A DNA stretch of 37,421 nucleotides from Thermoplasmata archaeon (lineage in GTDB: Archaea; Thermoplasmatota; DTKX01; DATEUP01): NCBI GenBank assembly GCA_041487695.1, contig JBGPNV010000002.1, forward strand, positions 1-37,421. The letters run 5' to 3'. Position numbers and translations under genes: made by a program. This document shows positions 17,485-25,200 of this stretch, in pieces. The notes beneath the pieces are model-generated. The model had not been told where the DNA came from. It did no database searches and saw nothing but the letters and a program-made list of their open reading frames with translations. Numbering within the stretch: position 1 is the first letter of the stretch; each line of letters begins with the position of its first letter.

Positions 17485-17631
17485 ATGAAGACGGAACGGA
17501 AACTCCATTGCCGCGCCTGCGGCAGCGACTGGTCGGGCCGGAGGTGCGGGCATTGCCTCGGAGATTGGTTTGTCGACCTCAGCTACTTGGTCGGGGACAC
17601 CCGCAGCCGGCGCCCGGAAAACGGAGCCTAG
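17485..17631 (+). CDS. small zinc-ribbon protein (48 aa), hypothetical
   Basis: Too short for the ORF track. Sequence: MKTERKLHCRACGSDWSGRRCGHCLGDWFVDLSYLVGDTRSRRPENGA. It has a CxxC-x8-CxxC pattern, an AAGGAG element 11 nt upstream of the ATG, and GC-rich third positions. Confidence 0.35.
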   Translation: MKTERKLHCRACGSDWSGRRCGHCLGDWFVDLSYLVGDTRSRRPENGA

Positions 17632-17800
17632 GCTCGCGAGCCGCGGCCCGCCACTAGCGCCGCACCAAACCTCCTAAATAGAACCACGAGGGGCGCGCCG
17701 ATATGGTTAAAACGAATAGAACGCCGAAAAAGGGCCTGTGCGCGACAGTTCGCGGCGAACGCAATCTTCGCCTTGGTTCGAAGGCGAGGGGAGGACCGGA

Positions 17801-20800
17801 ATGATCTCGTGGCTCCGGCCTTTGGTCGCAATTCTCTTGACAACGGTCGCCACTCTGCTCGTCGCGGGACTCTCGGCCGCGGCGTCTCCCATACTCGATT
17901 GGCATAGCGCCACGCTCATCGACAACGCTGACTCCTACAATCCGGCCGTTGTGGTCGATGCGAGCGGAGTCAGCACCGTCGTCTGGGACCAACTCAACGG
18001 AACACGCGCCGACGTCTGGGGCAATCGATACGTCCCAGGTGCGGGTTGGGGGTTCCCCACGCTGATCGAGGACGATGACGCCGCGAGTGCGTATGAGCCG
18101 CATGCCGCCGTTGATGCCACCGGGACGGTTACGGCAGCATGGTGCATGTCCGACGGGGAAGTTTGGGCAAACCAGTACTTCCCTGCATCGGGATGGGGAA
18201 CACCGACCCTTGTTGAGGCGAACACAACAGCAGGTTGCTCTGGCCCGCAGGTAGTGGTTGATCCGGGCGGCAATGCTACGGCCGTATGGTACGAGACGAG
18301 ATTCATACCGACTTTCGTTCGTGACATTTGGGCCAGCCGCTTCGTCCCGGGGTCCGGTTGGGAACCCGCTTTGCTAATCGAGACCAACGAAGGACAGGCA
18401 CAGGAACCCCAAATTGACGTTAGTGACAGCGGGGAGGTAACGGCAGTATGGCTTCAGCTAAACGTGACCTTGAACAAGCTTGATGTTTGGGCCAACCGCT
18501 ACGTACCGGGGTCAGGTTGGGGCACGGCAGCCCTCATCGAGATGCACGATGGGAATGCGGGTTGGCCGGACATCGCGGTTGAGGCCAATGGCAACGCGAC
18601 AGCGGTTTGGGAGCAATATAACTTTACAAACGCCAGCCTCTTTTCGAATCGCTACACAGTAGGTTCGGGATGGGGGCTGGCGGCACCAATACCGATGAGT
18701 AACGACTCCGGAGGAGGGACCAACGCCCAAGTCGCCACAGACGAGAACGGGACAGCCTTTGCGACGTGGAAGCAGTGGGATGGGATCGTCTATAGCATCT
18801 GGGCGAGCAGGTACACGCCGGGCTACGGCTGGGGAAATGCTAGCCTTCTTGAAACGGACTCGGGTCTCGCCCACGACCCCGCCCTCGCGGTCTCCGCCGC
18901 GGGCGAAGCCACGGTGGCATGGGGGCAAGATGACGGGGTTCGATGGAACATGTGGGCAAACCGTTTCGTCCCCAACGTGGGTTGGGGCAACGCAACCCTC
19001 CTCGAGAGTGGCGACGGAAACGTTACTTGGCCAAGTGTGGCCGCCGACACAAGCGGATACGTGACGGTTGTGTGGCCCCAGTACGATGGGACATTCTACA
19101 GCCTGTGGGCAAATCGGTTCGGCCCCGCCTCGAACATCACGGTGATGTCAAGCCCAGTGGGGCTTGAGTTCGCCGTCAATGGAACCAATTACACCGTCTC
19201 CACCTCCTTCAGTTGCTTCAAGCATGTGCCAATCGCCGCCTTGTCCCCGCAGGAGATTGAAGGCGTCCGTTACGGCCTTGAAAACTGGTCCGATGGCGGC
19301 GCAAGAATGCATTTCGCGGATTGTAGCGCCGACCGAACGATCATTGCGAGTTTTGTTCCGACAGATTTCCAGGTCCAACTCATCACCACGCCGCCCGGGC
19401 TAACCCTCATGATCGACGGCATCCCAAGCCCAGGGAACGCATCCTTCTGGTGGAGCGCCGGAAGTACACACACGTTCTCCGATCCAGGCGGGCAAACGTT
19501 GGGAGACATGCATTTCCGGCTATCGAACTGGTCGGATTCGAGCGACTCTAATCGAACGATTCTGATCGGCGCACCCTTGGAACTTGTTGCATACTTCGCA
19601 GTTTCTGAATACCGTGTCCAAGTCGACAGTGTGCCCGCCGGGCGGAGCGTGCAAATCAATGGTCTGTCTGTCCCGACGCCCGTGGTGCGGTGGTTCCAAC
19701 CCGGGTCGCTACTCGATGTGGGGATCGTGTCCCCGCAGTTGGCTTCCCCAGGCATTCGCTACGGCTACGCGCAATGGGACGACGGCGGCTCGCAAAACCG
19801 GTCCATGCCGTTAATGGCCCCGCTAAGCCTGACCGCGCGTTTCTTCGCAGAGTTTTCTGTCTCCATCACTTCCTCTCCGATGGACTTCACCCTAGAGATC
19901 GACGGAGTTCCGATGAGGGCGCCAGTCGAGAATTGGTGGGCGGACGGGTCCTCTCACGCGCTCAACCAACCGGCATCGCTTCAAGAGGTCGGGCAGGTTC
20001 GGTATGTGCTGTCAGCATGGCGCGACGGGAGCCCAACAAACCGGAGCTTCGTGGTCAGCGGCCCGCAGTCGATCGGGGCGGTCTTCGCGCCCTCCGAGTA
20101 CTTTGTGAGGCTGACCACGAACCCCGTCCCCCTTGAATTGGAGATCGACGGAGCAACCGCAATGGCCCCCATCGAGGCGTGGTGGGCTGTGGGGTCGATC
20201 CATTGGATCGGTGCCGTGTCCCCACAAGCCGGCGGCTCGGAGCGCTTCACCTTCTCGAGTTGGAGCGACTCTCTCGGCACGACTCACCTTGCGGTCGCTG
20301 ATGGCCCCCTCGCCTTGTCCGCGCTCTATGACATCCAATGCGCTGTCACGATCGACGCATCTCCTGGTGTGACGGCCCTTGCCGTCGACGGCCAATTTCA
20401 GGCGATCCCGGCATCGCTTTGGTGGACAAACGGGTCCACGCACACGGTCGGATTGCTTCCGCCCTCCGTGTCATCGCCGGACACGCGGTTCGAATGGTCC
20501 AAGTGGAGCGACGGCGGGAACCGGAGCCACTCAGTCATCGTCGGCGGGCCTCTGTCCGTTCGCGCGGAGTTCGTAACGATGTTCCTGCTCGTGGCCGACA
20601 GCCCCTTCACGATCCCCGCGTGCGACGTCGCAAATTGCTGGTATGCCAATGGCAGCATGGCGGCCGTCTCCGTCCAGGCCTTCCTCTCCGCCGGCGAGGG
20701 GACACGCAACGCGTTCGCCGGGTGGGTCGGCGATGTCACGGACTCGCATGCCTCCGCGACAATCCTTATGGATGGGCCGAAGCGTTTGAGCGCCTCCTGG

Positions 20801-21763
20801 AAACTCCAATACGAACTGCGCGTCGAATCGGCTTATGGCTCCACGACTGGACAGGGCTGGTATGACGCCGGCTCGACGGCTCACCTGGCGGTCGTCTGGC
20901 CGAACGCAACCTCCTCCGGTGCCTCGTTCGTGTTTGGGGGATGGCGGGGAGGGATCGAATCGGATGCGCTGGAGCTCGACCTGACCATGGACTCCCCGAA
21001 GTCCGTCACCGTCAATTGGGTTGCGGCAGCTGGCCCGAGCTCCTCGCTGCCCATCGAAGTCGCCGGTGCAAGCATCTTGACCCTGATTATCGCCGGCCTC
21101 GTGTCCGTCACCTCCTCGCGTGCGGGGTTCGCCCTCGACGGGTTCGTGACCGTGCCGCTCTTCACGCGCCTGAAGAAGATCGATGTCACCTCGCAGTACC
21201 AGCGTGGCCGCCTCATCCAGTTCATTGATGACAACCCAGGTGCCAGCTACTCCGAGATCCGGCGGCGGCTGCAGATTGCCAACGGTGGATGTGCGTACCA
21301 CCTGCGTGTGCTCGAGCGCAGCGGCGAGATTCGGCGCGTGGCCCACGGCACGTCCGTCCGCTTCTACCCGGCCGACTACAGGGTCGATCCGGAGTCGCTT
21401 CCGCCGTTGTCGCTCGTCCAGCGGCGCATCCTCGAGCTCCTCCTCGCGCGGCCCGAGAGTGCGGCCGCCGAGCTTGGAAAAACCCTGGCAAGCGAGGGCC
21501 ACGCGATCAGCGAATCCACTTTGCTGTATCACATGAAGACCCTCGCAAGGGAGAAGAGCCTAATCACGATGCGCCGCGAGGCGGGTCGAACGAAGTACTC
21601 CCTGACCTCTGAACAGGCCGCCTACCTTAGGCGACGTCTTGGGGAGGAGGCCGCGGCCGACACGCTCCTGGATAGGGCAATGGACTCGAATCATGGGAAC
21701 GGCGAGCCTCATGGCGCGCCCCAAGCAACAGAGCCGAAGGACGAAGACCAAGGAGGGAAGTGA
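17801..21763 (+). CDS. giant membrane-spanning protein: signal/anchor, 8 propeller-like repeats, ~8 InlB-B-repeat-like modules, TM helix, two cytoplasmic wHTH domains
   Basis: 1320 aa from ATG 17801, with GGGGAGG 6-7 nt upstream. See the repeat features and findings below. TM helix IEVAGASILTLIIAGLVSVTSS is at 21050-21115. The wHTH-like segments are at 21200-21373 and 21413-21613. Confidence 0.85.
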   Translation: MISWLRPLVAILLTTVATLLVAGLSAAASPILDWHSATLIDNADSYNPAVVVDASGVSTVVWDQLNGTRADVWGNRYVPGAGWGFPTLIEDDDAASAYEPHAAVDATGTVTAAWCMSDGEVWANQYFPASGWGTPTLVEANTTAGCSGPQVVVDPGGNATAVWYETRFIPTFVRDIWASRFVPGSGWEPALLIETNEGQAQEPQIDVSDSGEVTAVWLQLNVTLNKLDVWANRYVPGSGWGTAALIEMHDGNAGWPDIAVEANGNATAVWEQYNFTNASLFSNRYTVGSGWGLAAPIPMSNDSGGGTNAQVATDENGTAFATWKQWDGIVYSIWASRYTPGYGWGNASLLETDSGLAHDPALAVSAAGEATVAWGQDDGVRWNMWANRFVPNVGWGNATLLESGDGNVTWPSVAADTSGYVTVVWPQYDGTFYSLWANRFGPASNITVMSSPVGLEFAVNGTNYTVSTSFSCFKHVPIAALSPQEIEGVRYGLENWSDGGARMHFADCSADRTIIASFVPTDFQVQLITTPPGLTLMIDGIPSPGNASFWWSAGSTHTFSDPGGQTLGDMHFRLSNWSDSSDSNRTILIGAPLELVAYFAVSEYRVQVDSVPAGRSVQINGLSVPTPVVRWFQPGSLLDVGIVSPQLASPGIRYGYAQWDDGGSQNRSMPLMAPLSLTARFFAEFSVSITSSPMDFTLEIDGVPMRAPVENWWADGSSHALNQPASLQEVGQVRYVLSAWRDGSPTNRSFVVSGPQSIGAVFAPSEYFVRLTTNPVPLELEIDGATAMAPIEAWWAVGSIHWIGAVSPQAGGSERFTFSSWSDSLGTTHLAVADGPLALSALYDIQCAVTIDASPGVTALAVDGQFQAIPASLWWTNGSTHTVGLLPPSVSSPDTRFEWSKWSDGGNRSHSVIVGGPLSVRAEFVTMFLLVADSPFTIPACDVANCWYANGSMAAVSVQAFLSAGEGTRNAFAGWVGDVTDSHASATILMDGPKRLSASWKLQYELRVESAYGSTTGQGWYDAGSTAHLAVVWPNATSSGASFVFGGWRGGIESDALELDLTMDSPKSVTVNWVAAAGPSSSLPIEVAGASILTLIIAGLVSVTSSRAGFALDGFVTVPLFTRLKKIDVTSQYQRGRLIQFIDDNPGASYSEIRRRLQIANGGCAYHLRVLERSGEIRRVAHGTSVRFYPADYRVDPESLPPLSLVQRRILELLLARPESAAAELGKTLASEGHAISESTLLYHMKTLAREKSLITMRREAGRTKYSLTSEQAAYLRRRLGEEAAADTLLDRAMDSNHGNGEPHGAPQATEPKDEDQGGK
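17900..19123 (+). repeat. eight tandem ~46-52-aa protein repeats ending in W(A/G)NRY.PG.GWG (predicted beta-propeller)
   Basis: Repeat ends seen: VWGNRYVPGAGWG, VWANQYFPASGWG, IWASRFVPGSGWE, VWANRYVPGSGWG, LFSNRYTVGSGWG, IWASRYTPGYGWG, MWANRFVPNVGWG, LWANRFGP. Each is preceded by a G..TAVW strand. Confidence 0.75.
19133..21019 (+). repeat. about eight tandem ~75-80-aa modules resembling divergent InlB B-repeat domains
   Basis: The recurrent core is (R/H)(Y/F).(L/F/W)..WSDGG..(N)RS. Examples: VRYGLENWSDGG, MHFRLSNWSDSS, IRYGYAQWDDGG, VRYVLSAWRDGS, ERFTFSSWSDSL, TRFEWSKWSDGG, NAFAGWVGDV, FVFGGWRGG. Confidence 0.65.
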
Positions 21764-21767
21764 AACG

Positions 21768-22073
21768 ATGGTGGAGACACGAAAACACGAGTCGAGAATT
21801 GGAATTAGCCTCACGTCGAAGAACGCCAAGGGGAATCTCGCGCCTCACGGGCGGGCCGGGACGGTGGCCGTCGCCGTCCTCGCTTTGGGGCTCGTCGCGC
21901 TTATGGCCGTATTGCCCGCAACGGCAGCAGACGCCCCGCAGTACCGCGACGACAACAACAACGGAAAATGTCCGGGCAGCTACACGCTCATTCATATCGG
22001 TTCGCTTAATGCCTACTTGGAAGCATACGACCTGAACCAAGACGGGTTGGTTTGCGGGCGCGGTCTGTACTGA
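21768..22073 (+). CDS. small secreted/membrane-anchored protein with DxNxDG calcium-loop-like motif
   Basis: 101 aa from ATG 21768, 4 nt after the giant gene stop, with AAGGAGGG about 10 nt upstream. It has a basic N-terminus, hydrophobic AVAVLALGLVALMAVLPATAADA, and a 45-aa mature part with 2 Cys and DLNQDGLVC. Confidence 0.55.
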   Translation: MVETRKHESRIGISLTSKNAKGNLAPHGRAGTVAVAVLALGLVALMAVLPATAADAPQYRDDNNNGKCPGSYTLIHIGSLNAYLEAYDLNQDGLVCGRGLY

Positions 22074-22136
22074 CTGGTTGCTGGCCCGCGCGGGCTGCGC
22101 CCCTCGGCCCCGGCGAATGACTTGCCCCATGAAGAG

Positions 22137-22220
22137 TGCCGAGAGGGAGATTTGAACTCCCGAGCTCTTACGAACACCAGTTTTCAAGACTGGCGCCTTC
22201 CCGGGCTAGGCTACCTCGGC
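22137..22220 (-). tRNA. tRNA-Ser (anticodon TGA), class II
   Basis: Hand-folded sequence: GCCGAGG TA GCC TAGCCCGGGAA GGC G CCAGT CTTGAAA ACTGG T-GTTC-GTAA-GAGC-TC GGGAG TTCAAAT CTCCC TCTCGGC A. All stems pair (one G.U), the T-loop is canonical, and the variable arm is long. Confidence 0.9.
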
Positions 22221-22250
22221 GTAGAATGGCGCCGATGGCGGCGCGAGGGA

Positions 22251-22256
22251 CTTAAA
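22251..22256 (-). promoter_or_regulatory. TATA box (TTTAAG on minus strand) for tRNA-Ser(TGA)
   Basis: Lies about 31-36 nt upstream of tRNA position 1 and overlaps the TAA stop (22252-22254) of the upstream FG-GAP gene. Confidence 0.45.
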
Positions 22257-25200
22257 CGTTGTCGGGGGGCGCGCGGCGGCGCCGAAGGAGCAGGGCGAGC
22301 GCGGCGACGGCGGCGGCGGCCACGAGGACGATGGCGGCGAACCCCGCATCGGCAGTCGGGGCCGTAACTTGAGGCGCGGTCGGCGGGGGCGGATTCGCCT
22401 CCGGGGGCGGCGGGACGACGACCTGGACGGTCACATTCGTCCGGACCTCGCCGTCCATCGAGTCGCGGACGACGAGACACAGTTCCACGGTGCGCGCGGT
22501 GGTCGTGCGCATGGGCTCGGCTGCATCCGCTGAGAAGTTGACGCTTGCGTTCGTCGAGAACGGCGGCGGGGGACGCGGCGGGGCGGGCGGGCGCGAGGGT
22601 TGAGGCGTGCACGAGCTCCACGCGTAGCGCAGGGGCTGGCCCTCGGGGTCGGTGGCCCTCGCATTCAAGGTGAGGTTCCCAAGGACGGCGACGGTGAAGT
22701 TCGCGGGCGTCGACTCGATCGTGACCGTCGGCACCTGGTTCACTCGGACCGTTGTGAGCGCCGTCACGGTGCGCCCGCCGCGCTCGCGGACCGTGAACTG
22801 GACGGTCGAGTTGCCCCGCTCGAACACACCGCCATTGGCAAACGAGGCGCTCCACTCGTCGGTGGAAACGGAGGTGGGAGACAGCGGCCAGACGGGGCCG
22901 AAGTCCAGGTCCGCCGGCCCCTTGATGCGATACGTGGCCCCGCCCGGTGAGACGGCGTCGAGGCCGCGCTGGGCGACGCCCTCCGGGCTGCCCTCGTGTG
23001 CCGCCAGCGAGAGGGGGACCGGGCCAAGCGGGAAGATCGAGCTTTCGTTCGGCTGGACCGAGACGATGATCGGCCGCAACGAGTCCACCCGGATCTGGAA
23101 CGGGTCGGAGAGCCGCAGGCCCACGCGCGCGTTGCTGTCGGCGCGCCACTGGACCCAGTTCGCGTCGCCTTCCTCGAGCGAGAGCGCGGTCGTAGCGACG
23201 AAGGCGGGGTCGAGGGGCGAGGAGAGCGTCGGGGCGGAGGTCCAGGGCCCGAAGGCGAAGAGGCCGGCCGTCGAGACGCGGTACTCGACCGAAGAACGGT
23301 AGACCCCGCTTGAGCCGCTGAGGATCTCCACGTTCGCGACGACCGACTGAGCGTTTTGCCATTCCGAGGCGGGAGGCCGGGGGTTTTGGAACGTGAGGCC
23401 GGTCGTGTCGACCTTGACGCCGAAGATGGGCGACTCGGCCGGGCCGTTGCCTGCTTTGTCCCATACGCGCCAGATTACGTTGGACAGGTTGCCTTCGGGG
23501 AAGGCGATGAGCGCTTGGCCCACGACCTCCGCCGCGGTCTGGCCCGGCAACGCAGTTGCGCGGTCCCAGCGAACGAAGGGCGCGCCGTCGTTTTCCCACG
23601 AGTACTCGATCCTGTCGGGGTCGACGCCCGATTCGTTGTCGAAGATGTCGACGGCGGCGAACGTGGGGGTCGACGTGACCCACTCGGACTCAAGGGGGAG
23701 GTGGGCGCCGAATTGCGGCAGGTCGCCGTCGAGGTTGATCGTGAAGTTGAAGGGGGCGGCGAGCCACGGAGCCGGTCCGGTCAAGATATCGACGCTCGCG
23801 ATTCCGAACGTGTACACCTTGCCCCTCGCCGTGGCCGGAAGAGTGCTCACGTTCGAAACCCGTGCGCCACCCGCCGGAGTCTCGAGCGCCATCGCGGTTC
23901 CCTCCCCTAGGAGCCAGTCGAAGAAATGCGGGGGGACCGGAATCTGCGGCAGTGCCGCATAAACGACGCTGAGGTTCGAAAAATTGATGGGCGCCCCCGC
24001 GCGCGACCACCCACCCTCGTCGAGCATGCGGCCGTCGGATTCGGCGGCAAGCGGCCCCCGGATTTCTACACGTGGGTCGTATCGCCCCGCGTTCGGGTTC
24101 TGGAAGTGCTCGCCGGGGCGACCCCAGAAGAAGTAAGCGTCCAGCGAGACCCTGTGAGGCGGCGCACCAGACCAATTCAGCCGGAAGGGGATGCCGATGT
24201 CCCAATGCGTGCCCGCAGGCCCGTCTGTCCGGTTGGCCCAAGACCCGGGGGCTATGGACATTACGTTGGGCGCCGAAGACACGACGACCGGCCCCGTCTG
24301 GTTCATGTCAACGTAAAGGCCGGGGGACAAACCGGTGACATTGATCCGCAGGTCCGTGCTGTTTCCGGTCGTCGTCCACCCCTGCACGTGGATCGTGTAG
24401 GTGCTGTCGCCCGGGATGAGGACTCCGCCGGAGTTGCCTTCGATCCAGACCCCGGCGTAGCGATCGACGACCGTCCGCCCGTAGAGCACGGCCACCAAGC
24501 CGGAGACCGATGTCCGCCCGCGCTCGGGCGCGTTGCCGCCGTAGTAGCCGACGGTGATGTCCTTGAGGCCGTCGCCGTCGTAGTCGCTGGCTACATTGAG
24601 GCGCAACCCGCCATCGTTCGTGTAGATGTCTGTGCCCGAGAGTGTGATCTCGGAAGAGTAGGAGAGGCTGGCCTCATCCGCCGCAAGGCAGTCCCGCAGC
24701 GGCCCGCAGATCGACGGGTTGACAAAAACATCGACAAGGATGTGCCCCGAGCTTGCGCTGGTCGTGTCGTACTTCAAGGTCACGAAGTCCGCGCGTCCAT
24801 TTCCGTCGATGTCCCCCACCTGAAGGCGCGGCGGTGGCTGGCTGGCGAAGATCGAAGGGCCCTGAAGGTGGAGAGACTCGGAGGGACGAGATTCGAGCCC
24901 GTTGCCCCCGATCCAAAAATGGAAGTTGACGTTCAGGAACGGGGAGGGGGAGATCCCTGGCTGGGCCGGCACAAACCCCCATGTGGCAAGGTCGGTGTGC
25001 CCATCGCCGTCGAAGTCGCCGAAGGCCGCCTGCGGCTGTTCGAGGGGAATTTCTTGAGCGGAACTTGGGGTGGGGCCGGCCTGCGACCCGTTCAGGATTG
25101 TCAGGAACCCGGGGGCAGGGACCCCGGTTGGCGAGGGGGCGATTGGAGACCAAAGGGCGAGGTCGGCAAGCCCGTCGAGGTCGAAGTCGGGCGCGGCGAG

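Noticed and set aside
16098-22136. An integrated provirus or plasmid bounded by the two tRNA-Ser genes.
   Set aside because: No integrase, replication or capsid-like gene is present. The sequence shared by the two ends (for example GAACTCCCGAGCTCTTACGAA and CAGTTTTC.AGACTGGCGC) is explained by the two tRNAs being paralogues with different anticodons, not by att duplications.
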